From Vitrella brassicaformis CCMP3155 (taxonomy: Eukaryota; Protista; Chromerida), in assembly GCA_001179505.1 (NCBI GenBank), contig CDMY01000759.1, positions 62,001 to 126,000 on the forward strand: a DNA stretch of 64,000 nt. Direction: 5' to 3'. Shown piece by piece: positions 36,232 to 48,473 of this stretch. The notes under the pieces were generated by a model. That model had not been told where the DNA came from and searched no databases. It saw only the letters and a program-made list of their open reading frames with translations. Both the position numbers and the translations under genes were made by a program. The number at the start of each line of letters is the position of its first letter. Within the stretch, counting starts at the first letter, position 1.

Positions 36232-37418
36232 ATGCAGCCCACTGGTGCAGCGACCTCGTCCCGTCCCCCCAGCCCTGCCCTCTTCCAGCCCGCCGACCTC
36301 TTTGACCTGTCGTTGCCCATCAGCAAGATGGCCGCCATGGCCATGGCGATTGACGATACCAAACGAGCCGCTCTCCGCTCGCAGATCGTCACCCGCACTT
36401 GGCAACAGGAGCTGTTGGGCCACACTGCGGAGACCGTCAACAGCACCCTGCTCAACGGCGTCCAGCAGCACATCGACAAGGCCATCAGTCGTCTCGGCCT
36501 GGCGGACGTGTTGGCCTTCGACATTGGCGATGATCTGGAGGCCGGCTTGAAGGCGGTTTATCTGCTGGAGCGGGGCAGTGGCGAGGAGTGGCGGGCAATG
36601 GGCGGTTCATTCGGCTGGCATTCATCTACCGGCTCACCCCTGCTGATGCGACGCGGCCTCTCCGTCTGCCGGCGGACTCACTGCCCACAGCAATGGCCTT
36701 CCACCAAATGCCACTCACCATTGCCATCTACAAGATCATCGGCCACCTGCTCACACACAGAGGGACCAGCCTGGCGCTGCAGCAGGCCGACAACGGGAGC
36801 TATCACTTCGGCGACGAGGTGACGTTTCGTGTGGTGCCGTTGGGTGAGGTGCCGGGCGGGCATCGCTACGCTGACGGCTACAAGCGGACCGATCCCGTCA
36901 TCCGATCGGAGTTGGGGGGCGGCACTCTCTACCCCTCCTTCTCGGCATTCCTGCTGTCCAGCCTGCTCAATTGGTGGTGCTTTGGAGGGGTGCTGGTGGC
37001 GGACATCGGCCTTGGCCACCATCGCTATGGCATCACAGAGGTCCGCATCGCCTTGACCACCATCGGTCAGCAGAGGATCGGCCAGGGCCATCCTCTGCTG
37101 ACCGATGGCATCACAGAGGATCAGGGCATCGCTGTTGACTATCACTATGACGGGGGCGATCTGAATGATGCTGATGCCCATGTTCACTTTCGTCATGTGA
37201 TTGTGGGCGGCTGGCGCCCTGGCGACACCGTCTCTGTCTACCTGTGGATTCGGTTCGGCGGCATCCAGCTGCGGACGACCGAACGGCCTGCTGCTGATCG
37301 GTCTCATCCGCTCGCCGACCGCTTCCCGGTGTCGATGCCCGTCTGGCGCCGTCTGCTGCGGCGATTCGATCTCGAAAGTGCCGTCATCGACAGGGGGACG
37401 GTCTCGGGTGAGGAGTGA
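36232..37418 (+). pseudogene. Intronless lineage-specific hypothetical gene with a 1-nt frameshift near 36604
   Basis: ORF 36232.. (MQPTGAATSSRPPSPALFQPADLFDLSLPISKMAAMA..EEWRAMG) continues in another frame as RFIRLAFIYRL..PLADRFPVSMPVWRRLL..SGEE*. atg ggc ggt tca would read M-G-R-F with one extra C. A GT-AG intron lies upstream at ~36106-36188. Confidence 0.7.
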
Positions 37419-37937
37419 CGACTGGTGTGGTTGGCTGGAAGGGGACTGAGTGATTTGAAATGGGTGATTGACTGCATGCCATGGGTGGATGGGCGAATAT
37501 TCTAGTCGTTTTTGCCAGACTCATGGACCACAATGATCAACGAAATGGGAAATGTGTGCGTGCGGCTCGACTCACACTGATCAACACGATGCACATGAGC
37601 TGATGCATTCACACAGGAAGTCACCACACATCCACACACAACACGCACACACACACGCTCCACACACACATCCATCGAGAGAGAGAGAGAGGGAGGACTG
37701 ACCGGACACCAAGCGAGTGCTTCGCCAAGGGTCCACGAAGGTCTGCAGATCTGCCGCCCATGCACCGAACTGCCATCACGTCAGCCCATCACCCTGGCAC
37801 ACACTGCAAAGACCGCTCAGCCCCCACACTCACTCACTACCACCAGATCTCTCTCGACTGCGACGTAACCAGCCAGCTGTACAGACCGAAAAACTCCCTC
37901 AACGACCACAGCTCAGTGCAGTCAACAGACATGGGTA

Positions 37938-38728
37938 TCACGCAGCCCTCTTGACAGGCTTGGTCTCTTCCTGGGGCAGCCTAGGAGGGGCAGCAGCAGC
38001 CGCAGGGGAAGGGGTCGCCTCTCGCGGCTGTGATGGGGACAGCAGGGAGGGCATGGAGGGGAGTGCGGGACTGGCGGCGGCGACGCTCTTCATGCTGCCC
38101 AGGTTGTATCCGCCCGCCATCGTCATGGCCGTCGAGAACAAGATGATGACGACCACGCCAGTTTTGCCGGGTTTGAACATGCCCCTGTTGAGCAGATACT
38201 GGGTCTTGAAGTATCTGTAGGCGCCAAAAGTGACGAAGCCGCATCCCGTCGTGAGGCAGATGGCTGAAGAGAGGCATGGGGTGAACGCACCCGCTTGAAA
38301 CGGCAGGGCCGCCTGCTCGTCAGGGGCTGCAGCAGGGGAGGCACCAGCTCGGCACTGTGTCGAGAGGTCGCTCCGCCGCCTCAACAACTCGAAATAGAAC
38401 TCCTGCATCAAGCAACAGAGGACAACATTGTTGTCCCCCGGACATGGCATGGCGCATCTCTGTCTTCCTTCACCCTCCTTGCCTTGCCTGTATGCCGAGC
38501 CCGAAAGCGATGAAGGCCAGCCCCGTCCGACCCCAGGCTAAGAAGGTGCGCTCATTGGCTGCACACGACGCACGCAAACCACACCCTCGTGCTGTGCCGG
38601 CGCTGCTGCCAATCGTAATTGTCTGTCTGCTCACCGAGATGGTCTCTGGCGACGCTGCCTTCATTCTTGACGGCCCCAGCCTCGACAAAGTACCGCAGCA
38701 GCGCATCCTTGGTCCTCCGCACGGCCAT
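37938..38728 (-). CDS. DUF202 (YidH/Vtc1-like) small membrane protein
   Basis: Splicing restores AVKNEGSVARDHL/ANERTFLAWGRTGLAFIAFGLGIQ. Later TM segments are GCGFVTFGAYRYF and GVVVIILFSTAM. Confidence 0.85.
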
Positions 38729-38858
38729 GTGCAGCAGATCTTCAGCAGTCGGTCACAATGTGGCGTCGTCATGAATCATGCCGACTCGGGTTTGCAAGGC
38801 GCAGGTTCTGAGTCACGCATCAGACCGTCGCTTTGGCGGCAGACCGATCTTTCTTGAA

Positions 38859-38868
38859 TGCGAGCTTG
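38859..38868 (+). promoter_or_regulatory. Candidate motif TGCGAGCTTG upstream of the kinase
   Basis: Lies in the divergent DUF202/kinase intergenic region, ~80 nt before the ATG. Confidence 0.35.
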
Positions 38869-38949
38869 AAAGTTTCAGGAGGGCGTTTGAGGCGAAAGGC
38901 AGACAGAGGGCATGCCGGAGGGTAGCAGGAGGATCTGAGTGATAGAGGG

Positions 38950-41900
38950 ATGTCGGAATCCTCCGGCGACCCCTTCGTCCGCCGACGGCTGGAGGAGCCC
39001 GAGTCGGACGGGCCCGTCCTCAACACAGCGACCACCCTGGTGGATGTGCTCATCCTTTACAACGGCAATGGTGAGAGAGATCAGCAACCGAAACCAACGC
39101 CTCCGCAATGGCTGCTGTCCTCCTTGCGGCTGTGCATGTGCAGATAGCGGGAGTGGCACTGGGAGGCGCGCCCCACTCGCTCCCCAAATCGCCAGCCTCT
39201 TCGGTACTTATGGCCACTCAAATCGCCCCGCTGAGGGGCAGGCAGGCAGGCCTTGCTTGACTTGTGTGTGTGTGTGTGTGTGCGTGTGTGCAGGCGAGAA
39301 GGGGAGTCTGATACGTCGGGCCGTGGAGGCGGTGCAGCCGGGCACCGGCCCGCGGCACGTGCTCAGCATAGGATACGTGTGTGTCGACATCGCAGGTGTG
39401 CTACAAACCGCTCACACACACACATACATACGAATCCACTCACACTTGGGTCGCTGTCATGTGGTGTGATCTGTCTGTGTGCAGATGGGTCTGGCGGCGT
39501 GCTGGGTGGCATGGGTCTGCGTTGCCATCTGCAGGTGGCCCGCCAACTCAGGACCGGGCCGCTCAGCAGCGGGTGGGTGGGGTACGTTTCGACGCCAGAC
39601 AGGGACAACGGCTGGATACAGGAAGCAAAGGTTAGGTGGGGGGGTGGGTGCGACGCACCAAACACGGCACTTGCACTGCACGGCAACAGGATCTCTTTGG
39701 TTGTCTGTCCGGCCGTCAGGCTTTTCTGCGTGACTACTTCGAGGCTTCCCGTGTGCCGTACAACACGAGTGCGGAGTTCAGCATTAGCTACCACAACGGC
39801 GCCAACAGAGACGCGTCGACAGAAGTGTGAGCCAAGCAAAACAACATCCACCACCGGCCATCCATCCATCCATCCATTTTGTGGTTCATGTTTGTTTTGG
39901 TGGTATTTAGGTTTACCCAGGGCATGCTGGCACTCAGTCTCCCGTACCACCTGTATGGCACCACTGACAAGCACTACCGCGTGAGCGATCGCAGCGCTCT
40001 CGACCTCTTCGTGGCGAAACTCCAGTCGACCACAGGTGACTGACGGCCCGGCCACACCACAGAGAAAGACAAGACGCCCATCCTCCAGCCAGCACGCCAA
40101 GGCACGCACGGCTTTCTGTCTTGTCTTGGTGCACTGCAGGGGTCAACGGTTTAGCTCACTACAGCACGCCCGGCGTGGTTGTCCGCAACCTCCCATCGCC
40201 GCCCCACCCCATGTTCCCCCTCCCCCACGGGTCCCTCTGCTTCGGCCCCTCACTAATCGGCACCGACAGCCTGCTCATGAACCTCGCCATCGGGCCTGTC
40301 GTGGTCACAAGACACACACGACACACGCACCGACACAACAAGAAAGTTGAGGGAGACAGGGAGGGTGTGATTGTTGGTTGATTCAGGGTAATGGTGGCCA
40401 GGCGACGTGCTATAAGGTGCACATCGACGAGCGGTGTGGTGCTGCCGGGGGTGGGGCTGTGAGGAGGGTGGTGAAGGTGGTTGGGTGTCGAGAATACAAG
40501 ACCAACGCCATGGCCTACCGCCGGGAGATCGGTGAGCCAGTATAGTGGTGTGGTGGAGGCGGGGGCCTCGTCCCTACAGTAATGTGTATTTGTATGTGCT
40601 GTGTAGTGGCGCATCGCATCGTGTCGGGCACGGCTCCATCAATCATTCCGTTAGACAGACAGACAGACAGACAGTCAGAGAGCCACACACACACACACCG
40701 ATATACACACAAATTGCGGCTGTGTGTGGGAGTGTGTAGGCTGGAGGGTGCTGTGCTAGACTCGTCTGCGTGCTGCTACCTCATAATGCCGGCCAAAGAT
40801 GAGTGAGTGAGGGGAGGGCGAAGGGCACCACGGTGACACGCTCAATGTTCCATCCTGTTCTGGGGATCCGTGTGTTTGTGTGTGTATCAGATGGGTACCT
40901 GGATGAGAGCTGCATCAAGGCCATCTTCAAGCGCTCCATGTGAAATTGCAGCATCACGTGCCGAGTGTCCGCAAACCCCACCCCCAAAACATACGGACGT
41001 GTTGCCTTATCTCTCCCATGTCTCTTTGTCTGTGTGGGTGTTTTGGTTGATTCGTCAGGTGTTGGTGGCGCTGGCCAAGTGTCACGCGGCCGGTGTGGTG
41101 CATAAGGACGTCAAACCGAACAACCTCCTCGTCGACACCACCAACATACGAGACCCCAAACTCTTCCTCGTGTGCCCACCAGCACGACTTGTTGTCCATG
41201 TGTGATTCCTGTGTCTGTGTGTGTGTGGGTCGTGGTCAGTGTGACTTCGGCATATCAGAGCGGCTGCAGCAGGGCACCAAGGGCACCATCTGGTTCACCG
41301 GCACATCAGGTGTATGTAGCACACAGCATACAACACTCAGCCCAGCCACCGGCCCCACTAACGGCATTCATGTTTGCCCGTATGTGTGTGTGTGTGTCTT
41401 TGTTGATTGGTGTGTCAGGTTTCAGCGCCCCCGAGTGCTACAACTGTGTGCCGTACAGCTTCACTGTCGACGTGTGGTCGGTGGGGAAGCTGCTGCTCGA
41501 GCTGCTCCTCTGCCACATGAAGGAGATGCAGGGCGACGCGGCACACTCGTGTCTGGCGCAGGTCGGTCACAACACATAAGATGGCCTGCCATGTCGGTGC
41601 ACGGAAGAAAGGAACTGTCCGAATGCTTTTTGTTCCGTCTTGGGCTGTGTGGTGTTTTCGTTCGTCAGTACTCGGCCGTTCGCTTCAAGTACTCTGCCGC
41701 AGACAACGCGCAGGCGCGCAAAGAGAACGCGATGGCCACTCAGCACGTACGTGATCACACCCAACACATGGGGGTTAACACACACATACAGGCGGGCACT
41801 GCACCCCTACAATGCCAGACAGAATGCACCTTCGTGGACGCATCTCTCTCTGTGTGTGTGCCTGCCAGATGAATGAGGCGTTGACGATTCTCTTTGAGAA

Positions 41901-42741
41901 GTTTCTAGGCGACAGCGACCACCTCAAGGCTCTCGTCCCCGTAGACATCGCCGATAGCGGCCTGCTGCCCGACTTCCTCCTCAAGTGTCTCAAGGTGGTA
42001 CGTACGCAGCGCAGTCACACGCAGCCGCACATGCCACCGTGCGTATTGCCCTGCTTTGCTTTGCTTTGGTGTGTTCAGCACGGCGACTCCCGGTTCAAGG
42101 TGCCTCAGCTGCTGGAGCACCCGTGGATTGAGCGAGAGCAGTGCGACCAGGACGAGAAACGAGGCATGCTCGTCGTCGACCATGCTGCATATGGTACGGT
42201 TCGTGGGCGTGTGGGTGGGTGGGGGCACATCACATCACACCCATGGCCGCATGTGTGCGTGTGCTGCTTGCCTCGCTGTGTGTCAGCCAAGATGTTTGCG
42301 CGGCAGAGTGAGCATCACATCAGAATGAAAGAATGATGCCATCCATGTCCATGTGCGTGTGTGTATGGTGTCATGCCTGCAGGCCAGTTCCTCCCGCAGC
42401 TGGCTGCCACAGCCTCATCCCAGCGCGCCGCCAGTCCGGGCGGCCCAGCAGCTGCCGCAGCAGCAGCTGCTCCTTCTTTACGCGATTTTGGGCGGCTCTT
42501 TGCCGCCCGGCGAGAGACCCTCTTCCCTCGCCGAGATCGAGACACCCCGCCGGTGCCTTCTCCCCCTCTCGTCGCTGCCGCTGCTGCTGCTACTGGTGCT
42601 CGCATCCCGCCGCCAGCTGCCACACCGCTGCGGACATCGAGCAGTGCGAGCATGAGGGATGACAGTGAGGGCGGGGGCGAGAATTGGGGCGGGGCTGCAG
42701 AGAGCCGACGATACAACCTCAGGAAGCGGCCGCGGCAGTGA
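38950..42741 (+). CDS. Ser/Thr protein kinase (non-RD, HKD) with an unrecognised N-terminal domain
   Basis: GNGGQATCYKV, VVKVV, YRREI, VVHKDVKPNNLL, CDFGIS, FSAPECY, VDVWSVGKLL. One junction near 40800-40890 could not be spliced in frame. Confidence 0.85.
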
Positions 42742-43386
42742 ATGAGATCGGTGATTGATAGGGGGAGGGAGGGAGGGACGGAGAGAGAGATATGGTGGGT
42801 GGGTTGGCGGGCGGCAGGATGCACGGTCGGGTGAGGTGGTTTGCATATTTTGTCGGATGGATGGATGGATGGACGGTTGTTTGTATAGTAGGGTGCATGG
42901 GGTGGACGAGTTCTCGGCTGACTGATCGATATGAGTGAGGACCAGACAGAAGGACACTTTTTTCACAACCGATTCCATCCATATTGAACACTCTGTCCAG
43001 GTATGGATGGCTTTTGCTCATTCACTCATTCCTGGACACCGATCGGGTCTTACTCATCCACGCGCACGTGTCATTCATTCATCCCTCGTCAATTCGTCGT
43101 TCCGTCCACTACCAGGTGAAAGAAAACAGCACACACACACACACACACACAGCCGCCAGAAGCCAATAGACAGGCAGCAGAGTGGTCAAATACGTAAGGG
43201 AATGGCCCGGGATTCGGTCATATCACCCGCGCACCCCAGGCAGGCAGCACACCAGACACACAAACCGCTGCTGTCGGTGTTCGATGCGTGTGTGGGTGAG
43301 GGTGTGCCACGTGTGGGGGTGTGGTGTCCGAATGGTTGAGAGAGAGGAAAGTCCGCGCTGTGCTCCCATCCTCCATAATCCATCCA

Positions 43387-43480
43387 TATATGCGTTAACT
43401 TCAGTTAGTCAGTCAGTCCATCAACACGTGTCCATTGATCGTGATGCACACCAGAGCCACCCACATCCATCCGTCCATCC
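43387..43480 (+). repeat. Dispersed ~90-bp repeat, copy 1 (copy 2 at ~50453-50542)
   Basis: Shared core gtcagtcagtccatcaacacgtgtccat..gtgat..acaccagagcca. Confidence 0.8.
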
Positions 43481-44456
43481 AGCCAGCCAGCTCAAACGCA
43501 GCCAGCCGTCCATTAATTCGCATGTCCATTCACACACAGAGGCACGCACGAAAAAGCACTCCACGCGCACAGCCGCTCTGAGGCGCACACACACGTGGAG
43601 TGGAAGAAAGGCAGACAGACAGACAGCCAGGCAGGTGTGTGGGTGTGAGAGAGAGAGGGCAAACGAATTGCGGAGCACGGATCCACGGGGAGAGAGAACG
43701 TGGCCACACTCACACTCCGAGGACAGCCAGGCAGCAGTGGGTCTACTCACAAACAAAACACACGACATTAGATGGCCCTATCAATTGGCTAAATGGCCTG
43801 CCATCAAAGGAAAGCACATCATAAATAAACTCATAGAGAGCACAAATGTTGAGCATGGGCAGCGATGAACAGCCTCACATGTGCACTCCATCCACTCACT
43901 GCTCACCCGCACGGGGAGCGGTCAGTCGAGCCGTTGTCTGTCTGTCTGTTTTGTCGGTCAGTCCGTCCGTCCACTGACACACATCCCAGGCCGCACGCAC
44001 CACCCCTCCCCCTCCCAGCACCAGTTGTCCCATCACTGCCCCGGTCCCCAAGCTCACTCAGAGAGCGGCCAAAGGTCAGAGCGGCAATGGGGCAACTAGT
44101 GCTGGCAGAGGTGGTGTGGTGTGCGGGTGCCAAAGAAAAAATATCACCACCCCCCGTCCATCTGGCCATTCCATCCATTCCGTGCTCACTCACCCACTCA
44201 TCTGATTCCAACCATGCCCAACCATCGTCAACCAACACACTGTTCACAGCCAGCCAATAGAATCGGCTCCAGGCGGGGTATCTATCCATCAAGTGTGTGC
44301 CGGCATTATAGGTCGGCAGCTCTGGCTGTCTGTCTGTTTGTCTACACCAGCACTCGCCGCCGACATATATCATCACGCCGCACACGGTGGACCACCGGTG
44401 AAGCACACACACCGTCGGCCTCTGTCTGTCCCTCACTCACTGCCCATGCGCACCGC

Positions 44457-45248
44457 ACAGCCACCACGAACGATCGAGAGGCACACTCTTGCACGGCACA
44501 ATTAAGGTGGCAATCGGTTGGAGGAAACAAGCAGGCCGCGTGTGCCCATCAATCAAAACACAGACTGACTGGGTACATATGGGACAAGTGAATGAGTGAG
44601 TGATCGCGTGGTCGAGCCATCGATGGATCGAACTTCCGCTTTCCTTGCTTGCTTGCTTGCTCGCTCACCCACAACACACACACACACGCGACACCAGGCA
44701 GGCATCCTTCCCTTCCCGTGCACACAGATGGATACACACAGACAGCATGCCAGGCACCCCACCTCCTCCCGGCCCGTCCAAGGCAGGTAGGTAGGAAGGC
44801 ACACAGACACACAGATCGAAGGGACGCTACTCACACCATTCATCCATCCATCCGTCCATCCAGCTGTCTGTCCCCCCATGACCACAGCCACCAAGAACGA
44901 TCGAAGGCACACTCTTGCACGAGCTGGCAGTCGGCCGTCAATGGCTGCTGGAGCTCATCAACAAAACAGACTGGACAAGTGAGTGAGTGAGTGAGTGAGT
45001 AAGCGAGTCGTCGTGTCATCTGATCAAGCCATCGATCGAACTCCTTCCTTCCCTCCTTGCTTGCTCACCCACAACACACAGGCAGCGTCGGCCATACATC
45101 ACATCACTCCCGTGCTATATATGCACACAATAGACAGACAGACAGACAGCATGCCATGCCATGCCATGCCAGGCACCCCACCCCCTCCCGTCGAAGCCAA
45201 TGCAGGTAGGTAGGTAGGCACACAGACAGACAGACTAGGGAGGCTACT
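44457..45248 (+). repeat. Degenerate tandem duplication, two units of ~370 bp about 427 bp apart
   Basis: Units ~44457-44831 and ~44884-45248 share acagccacca..aacgatcga..ggcacactcttgcacg, gccatcgat..atcgaact, gctcacccacaacacac and atgccaggcacccc..gcaggtaggtagg..gctact. Confidence 0.85.
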
Positions 45249-47731
45249 GAGGTCCGATGCACTGCAGGCGGCCGCCAACGCGCTCCCATTTCCTCTCGTA
45301 TTCCCTCCTCGCCCTTCGCCGCCGTCCACCTGCTGCTGCAGCGGCAGCTCCTCCCGCCGCCGCCGCCGCTGCCGCACCGCTGGGTGGGGGCTGCTGGTGC
45401 TGGTTGTGGTTCTGCTTGCGCTTCTTGCGCGCGCCGAGGTGCTCTGTGTCTGACTCGGTGTCGTCCTCGGGCGCACCCCTGCAACAAATCACACACACAC
45501 ACGCAATCCATCAGGTGCTTGGCCGTGAATGTGGGCGTGTGTGTATACGTGTGTGTGTGTCTCTATGCCGACGTACCGCTTGCGGCTGCCGCCCACGTTG
45601 GCATGAACATCCTGCATCAGCTCGTCGTCACCATGGCCAGCAGCTGCAGCAGCAGCCGCAGCAGCTCCTGAGGCCTTGGATGGCACCACACGAGCCAAGC
45701 CTGCGGAGAAAGGACACAGTTGTGTCGGGTTTCCTCAGTCACTCCACTCACTTACCGTCGCCAACCTCCATATGGTCATCGGCGTAGCGGTGCAACGATT
45801 CCCTCAAGAAGCCATGTGAGCGGCCGGGTGGCTTGAAGATCTTGCCGGCCAACTCATCATGTGTGCCAAACTCCTCGTCCGTATCGGTCAACAACGTGCC
45901 CACACGACGGCCGCGTGGGGCCGGGGGCAAGGGAGGCACTGAGAGGCAGACAAACAACAAGTGCCAGCAAAGAGGGGCCCATTTTCTTTCTCTCTCTTTG
46001 AGGGGGACAGGCGGGGTCAGTTTGGCTGTCTGTGTGGCCTTGCGTGTGCGGGTGTTTGCATACCAGAAGCAGCGTCGTCCCCCCTGTAGTTGTCCATCTC
46101 AGCCTCCAGGTCCAATTGCATCCGACGGCCGCGTGGGGCCGGGGGCGGGGGCAGTGGGGGAGGCACTGACAGACAGACAGACCGACAGACAGACAGCCAA
46201 CCGCGTCGGCAGATGAGGGGCATGTGTGTGACCGATGGGTGTGTGCGTATCTGCTTACTCTGGTCATTCTCCTCATCCATCTCGTCCATGTTCGACAACA
46301 ACTTCATAGGCCGTCCGCCGCGAGGGGGCGGGGGCGGACCACGGGCAAAGGCGGTACCTGACGGAGGAGGACACACAGAGCAGGGTGAGGAGGAAACACG
46401 CTATGAGTGCCTGCCTGCCTGCACACGCACCTTCGGCAGCCATCGTAGAGCACCACTGTCTGCCCGCCTCAGTGAGGCCGACGTTCGGCGCGATGGATCG
46501 GTACTCGCGGATCTGCACCAGGCAGGCAGGCAGCAGCCACGCAGAGAATGAGGCAGCATATGTGTGTATGTGTGCAGCGATCCGATCCACACCTCGGTGT
46601 ATGCCGTGTCGAACAAACTCCTGCCCTGCCCATGGTCCACAGCAGCGGCAGCCGCGGCGGCAGCGGCACTGGCGGACCCTCCTCGGTTATGTGTGTATGT
46701 GTCCTTCTTCAACGCGGCCAACACACAGGAAGCGATGCAGCCAGTCCGGGAGACGCCTGTGTGGGCAGCAAACAGACACGCAGACAAGGACACATGTATG
46801 TGTGCGTGGGGCGGTGTGTGCATCTGACTGGTCGGCTGGCTGTTAGTTAGTGCAGCCAGTGGATGGGCTCTCACTGACTCAAGTGACTCACTCACGCACT
46901 CACCGGCGCGGCAGTGGATCAGCAGGGTGGTCTCCGGATCCTCGAGGGCCTTCAGGCAGAAGTCTATGGCTGCGACTCCAGCTGTCGCGAAATTGTGCAC
47001 TCCGTCGTCACTGCCGTCCTGCATACACACGGAGAGAATGAGATATCGACTGCTCGTCCTTCTGCGTGTGTGTGTGGTGTTTGTCCGCCCACCTTCATGT
47101 TTTTGACGTCGCAGAAGGTCACCTCCGGCAGGTCGTTGCCCTTGGAGGCGCATGTGTACTCGCCCCCCGCCGTGTCGCCCGCCGCCAAGTTGCACACATG
47201 GGTGACCTTGGCCGTCTTGAGGAACTGACAGATGGACAGGCAAACAAAGCAATGTGTCACCACAGATGCCGATGCGATATCGTCCTCAGCACACAGGGGT
47301 ACGTGAATTACCTACCTTTGTGTCGTGTGCGGCCTCCCTGCTCCCTATCAGCAGCTTCCCCTTGGCCTCGCCCAAATCGTATATACGAACGACGTTCCTC
47401 CGAGACAGCAGACACACACAGAGAAGGATGATTTGCATGGTCGCCTCGTCTGCAGCCCTCCCCATTGCTAGCGCATCGCACGTACTCCTGGTGGTATTCG
47501 AATATGGTGTTAGTGAGCGGGTCTGTGCGGTCCATTCTGTGGGTGCGGTTGCCCTTGGGCGACGGGCGGTTGGCTGGCGCAGAATGCATACGACAGACAC
47601 AGGGAGGGAACGGACAGAATTCCCTCACGTCGTCCCCTCGCTCACCCACTGATTCCCTCCCTCCCTCCGTCACCTGCTCCGGCGTCCAGCTCCGCCTCGG
47701 TGTCGATGCTCAGCAGCCGCAGTTTCCTCAT
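45244..47731 (-). CDS. Dual-specificity protein phosphatase (copy A, apparently intact)
   Basis: IYDLGEAKGKLLIGSREAAHDTK/FLKTAKVTHVCNLA; LLIHCRAG/VSRT, the canonical HCxxGxxR motif; REYRSIAPNVG. Low-complexity C-terminus. The exact start is uncertain (MRKLRLLSIDT used). Confidence 0.85.
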
Positions 47732-48473
47732 GCTCAGCACCGGCTGCCACACCTACCAGCAAAAATCAAGGCAACGCGGTCGCATGCATGGCGAATGCGA
47801 TGCAGCGGACTCATGCATGCCGCAAATGGCGTGTGGCGGCGGCCACTTACGTACCGCTGGCAATGCGGTCCACCGCAATGCAATGATGCAATACAGACGA
47901 GCGACAAACGGGCCAGTCAGCTCACTTGCTCTGTTGCCTCATGGTTTTCTTTCTCGCGCCCCTGCTGTTTTAGGGCTGGCGTGAAACGAACTTTTTGGCT
48001 TGCGAGCTTAGAAAACCGATCTGCTGCGCGCTCTTCCTCACGTATTCGAGGAAATATGTCAGTGCTTCCCGCTGCCGAGTGCCCGGACCCGCCTCACGAG
48101 GCGCCCCGCCTGAACTTTCTGCCCTGGGATCCCTCCCAAGTATGCCTTGCCCCTCACAGCCCCTTCCATCAGGAGACCAGATCCACCCGAAGCGACACTC
48201 TGTCAGACATGTCCGCCCGGCTGCACCTCATCCCCCCCGCTACATCTGCGAACGGGGGAACTTCCAGCACCGAGTCAGCCACTTCCCTGACGCGCCGGGC
48301 ACGACAGCTGGCGCCAGACTGCCCGCGCACGGACCAGGACAGCGACTCGCCCGTCTCCATTTCGTCGACTTTGCCCGTTTCCCCATCCTTTATGGCGCGG
48401 GAGAAGGACGGCTGGGGTCAGTGGTCCATCACCAAGTGGCTGTACTATTGGGGGGAGTTGTTTCTTGATCTGC
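46342..48473 (+). repeat. Left arm of inverted segmental duplication
   Basis: Reverse complement of 61847-64000 aligns by eye at high identity, apart from one ~100-bp non-matching patch. Confidence 0.95.
48001..48011 (+). promoter_or_regulatory. Candidate motif TGCGAGCTTAG upstream of the histidine phosphatase
   Basis: Lies ~45 nt before the ATG; retained in the inverted copy. Confidence 0.35.

Noticed and set aside
42800-45240. Possible gene or transposon in the long region between the kinase and DSP
   Set aside because: Only simple repeats and the local duplications were found; no transposase, RT, LTR or TIR was identified.
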